From Anolis carolinensis (Eukaryota): a DNA stretch of 64,000 nucleotides. The stretch lies in contig NC_085846.1 in assembly GCF_035594765.1 (NCBI RefSeq), positions 13,999,190 to 14,063,189 on the forward strand. The letters run 5' to 3'. Shown here in pieces: positions 39,308 through 52,403 of this stretch (its first letter is position 1; every line of letters begins with the position of its first letter). Under the pieces are notes generated by a model. It ran no database searches. It had not been told where the DNA came from and saw only the letters and a list, made by a program, of their open reading frames with translations. The position numbers were made by a program, and so were the translations under genes.

Positions 39308-40415
39308 TGGGTTGCTGTGAGTTTTCTGGGCTGTATGGCCATGTTCTAGAAGCATTCTCTCCTGACGTTTTGACCACATCTATGGCAGGCATCCTCGAGT
39401 TGTGAGGTCTGTTGGAAACTAGGAAAGTGAGGTTTATATAAGTATCAAAGGTACAGGGTGGGTGAAAGAACTCTTGTCTGTTGGAGGCAAGTGTGGATGT
39501 TGCAGTTGGCCAGCTTGATTAGCATTGAATGGCCCTGCAGCTTCCTGCCTGGGGGAATCCTTTGTTGGGAGATGTTAACTGGCTCTGATTGTTTCCTGGT
39601 TTGATTGACGTACTTCAGTGCTTTGTAATCATAGCAGCTGTAGTTTGGGGAGGCACCAGCACTAGCAGAGAAGGCTTAAGACCTTAAAACTACAAGTTGC
39701 ACATTCAATTGCATTAAGCAATGGCAGTTTAAAGTGTCAAACTGCATTAATTCTACAGTGTAGGCACACCCCCAGAGTTTATTTATAAGGGTATATTTAT
39801 ATAGTTGGAGTCTAGTATGCTTCATTTAATCCTCTCAACCAGCCTCCATTGTCTTACCTTCCAGGCTCTTGCTTGGAACCGGTTTTTGGCTTTTTTAATG
39901 CTATTTTCTAAGTTCAGCCTGGTTTTTTTCTTCCTCATTCCTCACAAACTATTCCTCAATCTCTTCAAGACTGCTTTTAAGAGGAAACTGAAAAATGAAC
40001 AAAATTTGGCTGCCAGTATTTTTTAAAAAAACTCTAAAATCAGGACAGCAAATAAAGAACAACATCCAAAAATGGGAATTCCAAATAGGAAACAATCAGG
40101 GCCAGCTAACACCTTCCAAAAAAGTTTTAAGTTACTACATGGCCCCCCAGGCAGGAAGCAGCCAGGTTTTGAAGCTGCGATGCCATTCAATGTTAATCAA
40201 GCCGGCCAAACTGCAACATTCGCACTTGCCTCAAACAAAGAGTTCTTTCCCCCAACCTTCACTTTCCAGATATATTCCACAGATATATCAACCCCAATTG
40301 CCTAGTTTCAAACAGACCTCACAACCTCTGAGGATGCCTGCCATAGATGTGGGTGAAACATCAGCAGAGAATGCTGCTGGAACATGGCCATACAGCCTAG
40401 AAAGCTCACAGCAAT
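39308..40415. mobile_element. Two PLE terminal fragments in inverted orientation (39308-39598 minus, ~39994-40415 plus)
   Basis: Mutual reverse-complement homology; hammerhead-like motifs at ~39357 (degenerate) and 40318-40369. Confidence 0.75.
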
Positions 40416-41904
40416 CCACTCATTTTTGTTTAAATGCACCTATTCCCTGGAAAGTAAAGAAACTTGCAAAGATAAATGCGACTTTTATTCTAGCAACAGT
40501 CTTCAGCATCTTAGAAACCAAGACATATCTGTTGCTGTGTGCCTTCAAGTTATTTCCGAATATATGGCGATCCTAATATGACCTATCAAAGGATTTTCCA
40601 GGCAAGGTTTGTTCAGAAAGGATTTTTCTTTGCCTTCCCCTGAGACTGAGAGAGTGTGATTTGCTTAAAGTCACCCAATAGGTTTCTATGGGAAGTTGGG
40701 ATTTGAACCCCGCTCTCTGTTCCTAATCCAGCAATCAGACCGGTACACCATGATGCCCTTTAGTCAGCTAACACACTTGTGTAAAATCTATTATAATATA
40801 TATTACTATTATTTATTGTATAAAATCTATACCTTGATACCATGATGCAATTATTAGTCTTTAGCACTTGTTTTAAGATACTACATGGACCTTTCTTTTC
40901 TTTTCTTCTTTACTGCAGCAGACTAACACAGCTTCCATCTTTTAATTTGTGTTCCTAACAAAGTGCAAGTAGCAAATAAATGAGAAAGTAAATTTCTTTA
41001 AAACATATCAGTTGTGTGTTAATGGAAACTTTTTAACCACCATCACAAATTTCTGCTGCAAGAATCATATACTAAAGCAGGTCTGTAGCCCCATTAAAGA
41101 AAACATCATCGGTTACCTAGTTTTCCCTAAACAGCAGTAATGAAAGCCAATTGAAATACTGCAAAGTATTAGCAAAGTAAATTAATTTTGAGCACTACCT
41201 ATAGTACAAATAGGCCTCAGTTAGTGTAATGTTATTTAAGGATACAGAAACATTTGGAGTCCAGCAGATAGTTCTCCCTATGCATAGGATATAGAACAAC
41301 TTGTATCATGTTGCAATGTGCCTTCAAGTTAATTGTTTTATTCAATCTAACATATGACTTTCTTAGCAAGATTTATTCAGAGATTTGCTATTACCTACCT
41401 CTAAGATTAAATCTGGAAAATTAATGTAGTTTGACAACACTTGAATGCTATGCTATGAAATTATGACCACTGTAGTTTTACAAGGTCTTCTCTGCCAAAA
41501 GAGTGCTAGCACTTCACTAAACTAGAACTCCGAGGATTGTATGGCCTTGATCCATGTTAAAATGTTTTTAAACTGCCTTAATTCCTCAGTGCAGATGTAA
41601 ACTAAGTCTGACTCCAGCTTGTTGCAAGCTCCAGACAAGGTGTAGGGAGCATGTAACATACTAGGTCTCACGCTGTGATATTGCTTTAAACAAAAAAAAG
41701 TCGAAAGGAGAGTGGTTGCCATGAATATATAAAAAATATTTTCTAGTCTATAAATAAAGCCAAACAGTTATAGGGCGACGCTTATTGAGAAGCAGAAAGG
41801 GCGCCAAAATGCGAGAGAGGCCTGACGCTTCTTGATTGGTCAGTTTAAAATTCCATTCAACTCGTTCATTGGACAGGCTTCCAAGCGGCGAGAACACTGG
41901 ATGC

Positions 41905-42310
<406 letters not shown>

Positions 42311-42344
42311 AAGGCTTGTGCTGTGCTTCTCAACAAAACTCAAA

Positions 42345-42360
42345 GGCCCTTTTCAGGGCC
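42345..42360 (+). terminator. Histone 3' stem-loop
   Basis: GGCCCTTTTCAGGGCC-ACCAA, HDE AAAGAGCTG. Confidence 0.95.
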
Positions 42361-42764
42361 ACCAACTTCTGCAAGAAAAGAGCTGTCATGGGAGTTTCTT
42401 TCCTCATCACTTAAAAAAGAATCGTTTTGTGTGGATTGTTTCTTGTTTTGAAGAGTACAGGAGGATTAATTTAAGACTAGAAATTATAATGTACTATGGG
42501 AATGCCCATACATTGTGTACTGCAAGACTCCGCTTTCTCCCTTTGCTTTTAATAGTTGATAGCTATAGTATATTCAGGAACTGATGTTTTATCTTTTGTA
42601 GGAAGTCTTTTTATGTTTGCTTATTTCAAAATTGCTTTTAGAAAGAAATGGTCTACCCAGTTTGCCTCAAGGAATTACAAGATTCCTTAGTATGCTGATA
42701 GACCAATACAGCAATGTCTTTGAATACTAATTCAAGATAATAGTGTTGTGGGTTTTTTTCTCAA

Positions 42765-43932
42765 ATACAAGCAGGGATGTGTTATTGCCCCTACCTTATT
42801 TTCCATCTTCATCGTTATGATACTTCACCTTGTTGATGGGAAGCTTCCCACCAGAGTGGAAATCATCTATCAGACAGATGGCAAGCTTTTTAACCTCAGC
42901 AGACTGAAAGCCAAAACCAAGGTCACCACATCTATTATAGAACTCCAATATGCTGATGACAACGTAGTCTGCGCACTCAGAAGACCTAAAAGCCACTCTA
43001 AACACATTTGCAGAAGCATATGAGAAGTTTGGCCTCTCATTGAACATCAAGAAAATCAAAGTGCTCTTCCAACAGGCACCAGCTAATCCCTCTGCAATGC
43101 CAGGAATACAGCTTAATGGCGTCACATTAGAAAACGTTGACAATTTCCGCTACCTTGGCAGCCACCTCTCCACAAAAGCCAACCTTGACATTGAAATACA
43201 ACACCACCTGAGCTCTGCGAGTGCAGCATTTTTCCATATGAAGCAGAGTGTTTGATGATCGAGACATCCATAGAGATACCAAGGTGTTTGTTTACAAAGC
43301 CATTCCCCTCCCAACCCTGCTCTACGCCTGCGAAACGTGGACGGTCTACAGACATCACACCCAACTCCTGGAGCGTTTCCATCAGCGTTGCTTCAGAAAA
43401 ATCCTGCAAATCTCTTGGGAAGACAGGCGGACAAATGTCAGTGTGCTTGAGGAAGCAAAGACCACCAGCACTGAAGCGATGTTCCTATGCCATCAACTCT
43501 GCTGGGCTGGCCACATTGTCCGAATGCCCGATCACCGTCTCCCAAAGCAGCTACTCTACTCCGAACTCAAGAATTGGAAATGTAATGTTGGTGGGCAGGA
43601 AAAGAGATTTAAAGATGGGCTTAAAGCCAACCTTAAAAACTGTGGCGTAGACACTGAGAACTGGGAAGCCCTGGCCCTTGAGCGCTCTAACTGGTGGTCA
43701 GCTGTGACCAGCAGTGCTGCGGATTTAAGAGGCACGAATGGAGGGCTTAAGGGAGAAACGTGCCAAGAGGAAGGAGTATCAAGCCAACCCTGACCGAGAC
43801 CGCCTTCCACCTGGAAACTGATGTCCTCATTGCGGGAGAACATGCAGATCAACCACCTAAGAACCCACCCCCGAGACACCAGAGATGGAAAACCATCATC
43901 CTCAAATTACGTGGGATCGCCTAAGTAAGTAA
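42765..43932 (+). mobile_element. 5'-truncated RTE-clade LINE with frameshifted RT
   Basis: KQGCVIAPTLF, LQYADD, FRYLGS, LLYACETW, WAGHIVRM; (TAAG)n tail. Confidence 0.9.
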
Positions 43933-44673
43933 AGTACAACTGAAATTTGTATTGCACACCTTCAAGCTGTTTTGGACTTACACCATCTCTAAGACCACTT
44001 TAATATCCTGCTGGCACCAGATCATAGAAGCTCTGGTGAGTGCTTGAACATTAATCCTAGAGCTGGAAGAGACCAAAAGGATTTAGCCGCCAAAATTTAT
44101 TTTTTTCATGTGACTACAATTCCTTTAGTCCTTAGGAAATAAATGCCCAGCGAGTGAGAAATACTGAATTCAGTAGGAAAACAAGAACAGCCTCAGGCCC
44201 TTTCCTTTTCCCCCTCAGCCGCTTAAGGAAAAGGAAGGGGCCTGAGGCTGTGAGGAATTGTGGTTGTTGAAGTCCAAAACACCTGGAGGACCCAAGTTTG
44301 CCCATGCCTGGAGTAGCCCAACCCCATTCTGCCATGCAGAAAAATACAATCAAGCCACTCCCAACAGATGGCCATCCAGCCTCTGTTTAAAAACTTCCAG
44401 AGAAAGAGATTCCACTAGACTTTGAGTATTTGCAACGAAACCCAGGTACATCTACACTGTAGAATTGATGCAGTTTGGTGTCATTTTTACTGCCATGTCC
44501 AATGCTACAGATTCCCTGGAGTTTTAGTTTTATAAGGCCCTCAGTTCTCTGCCAAAAAGTGCTGGTGTCTTATTACCAGATTACAAATCCCCAGATCCCA
44601 TAGCCATCAGCCAGTGTTGGAGATAATCTTCTCAAGCCTCCTCAATTTGATGTTTGTCTGTTTTAAATTATGT

Positions 44674-45162
44674 TGTTATGTATCCCAAAGTATTTGTCTT
44701 ATTTGGTTTTGTGGTTGTGTTGTCTCTTTGTAATAAAGCAGTGGGAGGGGCTGCGGACCATGTGACTTGATCAGTGACCGTTTAGAATGTTCAGTTTTCA
44801 AAAGGGACGACAGTCTTTTGAGCCTTGAGTCAGCTTGAGTGCTGAAGCTAATGTTAGAAGCTAGGAACTGTTGAGGCTTGTGTTTGCTTTGAAAGTAAAC
44901 TCTTATTAAAGAGAACTGCATAGAGTAACATAGTTTATGAAGAAACAGTTAAAGTTTATAAGTTTAATAAACAAACTCTCTATAAATGTTTTGATGTTTA
45001 TCCTGACAAAAGAAATTTGCCTATATGCAAATTTGCCAAATGCATGAAATTATAAGTAAGCAAACATTGTTACTTGTATCTTTGCCGGCTTAAAGCAGCA
45101 AATAAATTCAAGGAACGCTCCTCTCAAACTCAGCTACCCCGACAGGATTTCTGATTCTAACA
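44674..45162 (+). mobile_element. Solo-LTR-like sequence
   Basis: TGTTA...TAACA termini, internal AATAAA; no TSD confirmed. Confidence 0.45.
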
Positions 45163-45194
45163 GGTTGTGATCCCTTCCACCCCAATAGCCAAGT

Positions 45195-45527
45195 AGAGCC
45201 CTCAGTGGCACAGAGAGTTAAACTGCTCAGCTGCTGAACTTGCTGACCGAAAGGTCGGCGGTTCCAATCCGGGGAGTTGGGTGAACCCCTGCTGTTAGCC
45301 CCAGCTTCTGCCAACCTAGCAGTTTGAAAACATGCAAATGTGAGTAGATCAATAGGTACCGCTCTGGCGGGAAGGTAACGGCACTCCATGTAGTCATGCT
45401 GGCCACATGACCTTGGAGGCATTTATGGACAACACTGGCTCTTTGGCTTAGAAATGGAGATGAGCATCAGCCCCCAGAGTCAGACACGACTAGACTTAAT
45501 GTCAGGGGAAAACCTTTATCTTTACCT
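45195..45527 (+). mobile_element. Sauria SINE
   Basis: Core and ACCTTT tail. Confidence 0.85.
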
Positions 45528-45725
45528 TACACCCAGAAGGCGATATTTCTGTGACTTGCCCTGGCTGGTTTCATTATCTTTGAGGCAGATGCAGCAGGAA
45601 AAGGCGATTAAGTCCCCATGCAACTGTATCACTTGTATTGTTTTAGTGGGGCATAAAGATAAAACTCCTTCCAGAAGAGGAACCTTTGCTTGGTTCAGAA
45701 TCTACTTGTGAGAAATGTATTCAAT

Positions 45726-45960
45726 GTGTTGTCGAAGGCTTTCATGGCCACAATCGCTACCTCAGGTTGCTGTGAGCTTTCCGGGCCGTATGGCCATATT
45801 CCAGAAGCATTCTCTCCTGACGTTTCACCCACATCTATGGCAGGCATCCTCAGAGGTTGTGAGGTCACACCTCTGGATGCCACCCATAGATGTGTCCGAA
45901 ACGTCAGGAGAGAATGTTTCTGGGACATGGCCATGCAGCTCAGAAAACTCACAGCAAACC
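45726..45960 (-). mobile_element. Short inverted-repeat PLE insertion
   Basis: Tail + terminal repeat + inverted decayed copy; 12-bp TSD AATG(T/A)ATTCAAT. Confidence 0.8.
45812..45863 (-). ncRNA. Minimal hammerhead ribozyme motif, core intact
   Basis: CCT-CTGAGGA-T-GCCTGC(catagat)GTGGGT-GAAACGTC-AGG. Confidence 0.65.
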
Positions 45961-46199
45961 AATGAATTCAATATTTTTTTTTCCACTCAAGGTTCCTGTA
46001 AACAGGGCTATGCCTTTAAATACTTCTGATTCCAGTATGCCCCTTGTGTTCTTTACCGTAAACTTCTAAATTCAAATTTCCTGGGTAGTATCTTTGCCAG
46101 AGAATGGAAGCAGCAGATGTCGTCAGGGAAGGCTGTTGCTAGGAGAGATAATCCCTCAGACCAGAGAACAAAGGCAGACCGTGGGCGGGGGGAGCACCA

Positions 46200-46325
46200 G
46201 TAACCAATGAGAAAGAGTTTAGCGTCAGTGAGCCAATCATGACAGAACGCGGGAAGTTCGAAAATCCCCAACGGTCGATTTGAGAAGTTCAGCCAATCAG
46301 GAAGAAGAGAAGCGGCTATAAATAC
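46200..46325 (+). promoter_or_regulatory. H3 promoter
   Basis: CCAAT at 46204, 46233, 46293; TATAAATA 46317. Confidence 0.8.
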
Positions 46326-46367
46326 CCAGCGCGGCCCGCAGATACTGTCAGTGTTGAAGTGAAGTGA

Positions 46368-46823
<456 letters not shown>

Positions 46824-46852
46824 AGACACCCCCGCTTTCACAACGACCCAAA

Positions 46853-46868
46853 GGCTCTTTTCAGAGCC
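46853..46868 (+). terminator. Histone 3' stem-loop
   Basis: GGCTCTTTTCAGAGCC-ACCCA. Confidence 0.95.
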
Positions 46869-47196
46869 ACCCAACTTTTCATTTTGAAAGGAGCTCGTTT
46901 TTGCTGCCATTTTTATCTACATCAAAGTTGGGCCCTTCGGGTGTTTTGTACTTTTAACTCCCACCATTCCTAACAGCCTCAGGTTTAAGGGGCTGAGGGG
47001 GGAAAGGAAAGGTCTTGAGGCTGTTAGGAATGATGGGGGTTAAAGTACAAAACACCCAAAGGGCCCAACTTTGCTTATGAGCCTGCAGGCCAGTTAAGGT
47101 TTTGTAAGGCACTCTTGAGTGCCCTCGTCAGAAAAGTAACAATTATCTAAAAATATATACTCTAACAAATAACCATGGTATGTATGTGTGTGTGTG

Positions 47197-47200
<4 letters not shown>

Positions 47201-47261
<61 letters not shown>
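47201..47261. repeat. (TA)n microsatellite
   Basis: About 30 TA units. Confidence 0.95.
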
Positions 47262-47263
<2 letters not shown>

Positions 47264-48032
47264 GATTTTGGTTCAGAACTGGCTTGCCTTTGTGCCTTTC
47301 TGAGGCTGAGTGTGACTCGGCCCTTCCACACAGCCATATAACCCACAAAATAAAGGCAGAAAATCCCACAATATCTGTTTTTTGGACTGGGTAATCTTGA
47401 GTCCACACTGCCATATATCCCAGTTCAAAGCAGATAATGTGGAATTTTATTCAGCTGTGTGGAAGGGGCCTCAGACTGGAATTTAGGTTTCCCAGAGGTA
47501 TCTAAATATCTACATGTACAAGTGTGTGTGTTTTTTAAAAAAAAAAATCTTAAGACTTGAAGGCTTTCATGGGCAGCATCACTGATTTACTGTGCTGTGA
47601 GTTTTCCTGGACCTTCCACAGATATATAAACCCACACTTGCATAGTTTTCCAACAGACCACACAACCTCTGGGGATGCCTGCCATAGATGGGCAAAACGT
47701 CAGGAGAGGATGCTTCTGGAACATGGCCAGACAGCCTAGAAAACTCACAGTAATCCTTAAGGTTCCTATGGTTTTCACTTACAGTAGTCTCACTTATCCA
47801 ACATAAACGGGCCAGCAGAATGTTGGGATAAGCGAATATGTTGTATAATAAGGAGGCATTAAGGAAAAGCCTATTAAACATCAAATTAGGCTATGATTTT
47901 ACAAATTAAACACCAAAACATGTTATACAACACATTTGACAGAAAAAGTAGTTCAATGTGCAGTAATGCTATGTAGGAATTACAGGGTTGTTGTATGTCT
48001 TTCGGGCTGTGTGGCCATGTTCCAGAAGCATT

Positions 48033-48084
48033 CTCTCCTGACGTTTCGCCCACATCTATGGCAGGCATCCTCAGAGGTTGTGAG
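48033..48084 (-). ncRNA. Minimal hammerhead ribozyme motif, intact
   Basis: Exact reverse complement of 48091-48142. Confidence 0.75.
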
Positions 48085-48090
48085 GTATAC

Positions 48091-48142
48091 CTCACAACCT
48101 CTGAGGATGCCTGCCATAGATGTGGGCGAAACGTCAGGAGAG
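48091..48142 (+). ncRNA. Minimal hammerhead ribozyme motif, intact (predicted cleavage 3' of C48135)
   Basis: Stem I CCT/AGG, core CTGAGGA 48101-48107, stem II GCCTGC/GTGGGC, GAAA 48128-48131, palindromic ACGT in place of stem III, GTC triplet. Confidence 0.75.
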
Positions 48143-48590
48143 AATGCTTCTGGAACATGGCCACACAGCCCGAAAGACATACAACAACCCTGTGATTCTG
48201 GCCATGAAAGCCTTCGACAACACATATGTAGGAATTACTGTATTTATGAATATAGCACCAAAATATCACGATATATTGAAAACATTGACTACAAAAATGT
48301 CTTGGATAATCCAGAACGTTTGGATAAGCGAGGGTTGGATAAGTGAGACTACTGTATTTATATACTGCCTTTCGCACCCTTGCGGGGGGGGGGGGACTCG
48401 AGGCGGTTTATATCTCAACCATGGCAGCCTTTTGAGTGGAGAAGAGCTGCACTGAAAAGGGGCGTGGAAACTCCCTGCTTTGGGGGTTTTTCAAAGAGGC
48501 TGTATGGGCATCTGCTGGGAGAGCTTTGATGGTGCCTCCCTGCATGGCCCTTGGAGGGTGTCTCAGCTCTTTCGGGTGGAGCGTGTGGGT

Positions 48591-48606
48591 GGCTCTGAAA
48601 AGAGCC
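48591..48606 (-). terminator. Histone 3' stem-loop
   Basis: GGCTCTTTTCAGAGCC on minus strand. Confidence 0.95.
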
Positions 48607-48635
48607 GTTGGGGTGGCGGCGGGGTGTGTGTGTGC

Positions 48636-49295
48636 TCACTTTCTCTTGGGCGCCGCCTTGGTCTTCTTGGCCTTGGGGCTCTTGGCCGGCCTGGGCTTGG
48701 CTTTGGGGCTCTTGGCCTTCGGCTTGGGCTTGCTGGGGGCCTTGGTCTTCTTGGGGCTCTTGGCGGGCTTCTTGGCGGCGGCCTTGGGCTTCCTGGGCGG
48801 CGCGGCCTTGGTCTTCTTGGGGCTCTTCTTCCTGGGCGCGGCGGCGGCGGCCTTGGGCTTCTTGGGGCTCTTGCGGGCGCCCCCTGCCGGCCTCTTGGCG
48901 GCCGCGCTGGGCCTCTTGGCGGGCGCCTTCCTCTTGGCCGCCGCCTTGCTGTCCCCGGGAGGCTTCTTGTTGAGCTTGAAGGAGCCCGAGGCGCCGGTGC
49001 CCTTGGTCTGGACCAGCGTGCCCTTGGCCACGAGACTCTTGAGGCCCAGCTTGAGGCGGCTGTTGTTCCGCTCCACGTCGTAGCCCGCGGCCGAGAGCGC
49101 CTTCTTGAGCGCGGCCAGCGAGACCCCGCTGCGCTCCTTGGACGCCGCCACCGCCTCGGTCAGCAGCTCCGTCACGCTCGGGCCCGAGGAGGCCTTGCGC
49201 GGCTTCTTGGCCTTCGGCGCCGCCTTCTTGGCCTTCTTCGCTGCGGGGGCCGCAGGAGCCGCCTCCGCCGGAGCCTCGGGAGCAGTCTCGGACAT
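48636..49295 (-). CDS. H1: Histone H1, 219 aa, near-identical to 35393 copy
   Basis: Differs by 2 aa (PARKSK vs PPRKPK). Confidence 0.97.
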   Translation of the reverse strand: MSETAPEAPAEAAPAAPAAKKAKKAAPKAKKPRKASSGPSVTELLTEAVAASKERSGVSLAALKKALSAAGYDVERNNSRLKLGLKSLVAKGTLVQTKGTGASGSFKLNKKPPGDSKAAAKRKAPAKRPSAAAKRPAGGARKSPKKPKAAAAAPRKKSPKKTKAAPPRKPKAAAKKPAKSPKKTKAPSKPKPKAKSPKAKPRPAKSPKAKKTKAAPKRK

Positions 49296-49382
49296 GGCGG
49301 TCACAATAGATGAGTTTCTCCTGCAAAGAGAATGAATCACGGTGTCAAGTTTATTTTGAGGGCTCAGCGCTGCGCCGCCTGG

Positions 49383-49556
49383 TATTTATACCGACGGAGT
49401 AGCGCCCTGATTGGTCTATCCAAAGTATTTTTCCGCGCGCGCCAAGAGTAGCTCCGCCCCCTTCTCAGCCTCTACTATTATATACAGCGCGATGCGGCGC
49501 CCTGATTGGTCAATTTGAGCTGGTTTCAGTGCGTGCCAGTCATGGCTCCGCCCCTT
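49383..49556 (-). promoter_or_regulatory. H1 promoter, duplicated module
   Basis: Minus strand GGGGCGG-..-CCAATCAGGG-..TATA twice. Confidence 0.8.
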
Positions 49557-50244
49557 TCACGTTCCTTGACATTCGTACATTCTTTCTTCTTAAACTAAAG
49601 TCCAAAACACCCGCAGGGCTCAAGTTTTCCTATGCCTGATGCACCTAAAGACTTTAAAGAGGAACGTGGATGGACGGGGTTCTTTTTTTTTTCATCCTTT
49701 GTTCTCTGCTGCCACCTTGCGGCACGTTATGTTCGATGCAGCAACCTGTTTTACAGCTATACTAACAAAGACAGTAAATGTCTCCATACCGCACTGCGTA
49801 TATTAATTCGCCCTTTTAATAAAAGGCACCTTCTTGAGAGTTTTGATCCTCTGATAAGAAGATGTATTGTGCTCACACATTGATACTGACCACTGTGGAG
49901 ATCTAAATGACTAATATCACCTGCAGCCTTTTAAGAAGTTGAGGACAAGGGTGATGGTTGGCATCTTTCTTGGCCTTACATTTTCAAAACTATATAAATA
50001 TGTTTGGTTGCGCTCGACATCGCCTGAGGTCTTAATAAGTACTCGAATGGATTGATATCCCCAAATGTAAAGTTGTTGTTTGTCTTAAAGGCGCCGCCAC
50101 ATTTTTTTCTCTTCCCTTTCCGTTTTTTGAATTTGCCGCGCTTTGCAGTCTTTTGGCGGGTAAATAGAAGCCACGCCCCTTTCTTTGGCTTTCTTTGTTC
50201 TCTGCTGGCAATGGCGAGAAAAGAACTGAACATTACTCCATCTG

Positions 50245-51430
50245 GGGTTGCTGTGTTTTCTGGGATGTCTAGCTATGTTCCAGAAACATTCTCTCCAGAC
50301 GTTTCGCCCACATCTATGGCAGGCATCCTCAGAGGTTTGTGAGGTCTGTTGGAAACCAGGCAAGTGGGGTTTATACATCTGGAATGTCTAGGGCGGGAGA
50401 AAGAAGTCTTGTCTGTTTGAGGCAAGTCTGAATGTTGCAATTGGCCTCCTTGATTAGCATTTATTAGCCTTACAGCTTCAAAGCCTGACTACTTCCTGCT
50501 AGGGGGAATCCTTTGTTGGGAGGTGTTAGGTGATTGTTTCATGTCTAGAATTCCCGTTTTCAGAGTGTTGTTTTGAATTTACTGCCCTGATTCTGCAGTT
50601 TTTTAAATACTAGCATCCAGAATTTATTCATTTTCATGGCTTCCTCCTTTCTGTTGAAATTGTCCTCACGCTTGTGGATTTTAATTGCTTCTCTGTGTCG
50701 TCTGACGTAGTTGTGAGAGTCCAACATTTCCGTGTTCTCAAATAATATGTTGTGTCTAGGTTGGTTCATCAAGTGCTCTGCTAAGGCTGAATTAGTCTGC
50801 AGTGCCACACAGCCCTATATCCCAGAATATCAAGGCAGAAAATCCCACAATTTGTGAGGGTTATCTGAGTCCACACTCAGATAATGTGAGATTTTTTGCC
50901 TTGATATTCTGGGATATAGGGCTGTGTGAGTGCCTTTCATGTTCCTTGATATTTTTAGAGGGGAGGCAATGTTGTGTTTGGTGGTCCCTATTTAGACTTG
51001 TCCACAGCTGCATGGGATACGGTAGACTCCTGCAGAGGTGAGAGGATCATTTGTTGGAATTTCTTAGTGGGTCTGTAGATAGTTTGTAGGTTGTGTTTCT
51101 TCATCAGTTTCCCTATGCGGTCAGTGATTCCCTTTATGTATAGTTTCCTCCAGGCAGTAAGCAACTAGACCTTGAAGCTGAAAAACTATTCAGTTCTAAT
51201 CAAGGTGGCCAATTGAAACATTTGCCTCCAACAGACAAGAGTTCTTTCTCTCACCCTGGACATTATTCCACAGATATATAAACACTTGCCTAGTTTCCAA
51301 CAGACCTCACAACCTCTGAGAATGCCTGCCATAGATGTGGGCGAAACGTCAGGAGAGAATGCTTCTGGCCATACAGCCTGGAAAACTCACAGCAACCCAG
51401 TGATCAGTGATTCCGGCCATGAAAGCATTT
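50245..51430 (-). mobile_element. Penelope-like element remnant with GIY-YIG relic and inverted terminal repeat (51146-51430 plus); MITE inserted at ~50801-50935
   Basis: Minus frames YIKGITDRIGKLMKKH, GVYRIPCSCGQV*IG, SALAEH..REAIKIH..NFNR; hammerhead motifs at 50291-50343 (-) and 51306-51357 (+, core mutated). Confidence 0.85.
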
Positions 51431-51936
51431 ATCTATTTTCTGAACAAAATAGAATATAAATACTGAGGAGGAAATAACTTTAGAAAGGCTAAGAAAGTCC
51501 TGCTATTCTTTATGCAGCAACCAGAACCAGATACCTTTTTGAATGGATCTAAAAATGGCGGCAGTTTTTACTTTACCTCTGTAAGGGTGGATTCAGCACC
51601 TACACTGTAGAATTAGTGATTTGACAGTACTTTTAACTTCCATTGCTCTAGGCTTTGTGTTCAGAATATTTGTAATTTTAGGTCTTTAGCCTTAGCTGCT
51701 TTGGGTGTGTTTTTGGGTAATAATAAAGCAAACTGGTGAATCCCCAAGCAACAACTCGTGATTCCATACCATTAAGGTGGTGACACACTACATTATTTCC
51801 AGTGTAGATTCACCCAAGAAAATTTACAGATGTAGCATTAATTAAATGAACTCAAATTTTTAAAAGGAACACGAGTAATAAAACTGCATTGATACAAACG
51901 GCACGGACAACAGCTCTTTCTAAGGAAAAGGTGGGT

Positions 51937-51952
51937 GGCCCTGAAAAGGGCC
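51937..51952 (-). terminator. Histone 3' stem-loop
   Basis: GGCCCTTTTCAGGGCC-ACCCA on minus strand, HDE AAAGAGCTG. Confidence 0.95.
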
Positions 51953-51983
51953 TTTTGAGTTGTTTACAATAGAGGAAAGTATT

Positions 51984-52322
<339 letters not shown>

Positions 52323-52370
52323 TCAAAAGGAGAGCTCCGGAGAATGAATGTGAAGCCGCCGCAGCCGGGG

Positions 52371-52403
52371 TTTATATACTCTGATGTCGGACCAGAGTGG
52401 AAA
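52371..52403 (-). promoter_or_regulatory. H4 site II-like element (GGTCCG) + TATA
   Basis: Minus strand TTTCCACTCTGGTCCG..TATATAAA. Confidence 0.8.

Larger units (their letters stand above)
47984..48224 (+). mobile_element. Young inverted-repeat PLE insertion (212-bp perfect palindrome + ~31-bp tail)
   Basis: 14-bp TSD TATGTAGGAATTAC (47970-47983, 48225-48238). Confidence 0.9.
47782..48354. mobile_element. Tigger/pogo-like MITE interrupted by a PLE insertion
   Basis: TIRs CAGTAGTCTCAC / GTGAGACTACTG, TA flanks. Confidence 0.8.

Noticed and set aside
39995-40576. 193-aa ORF
   Set aside because: Read-through of PLE terminal repeat
47886-48377. ORFs with identical peptides on both strands
   Set aside because: Consequence of the perfect PLE palindrome, not genes
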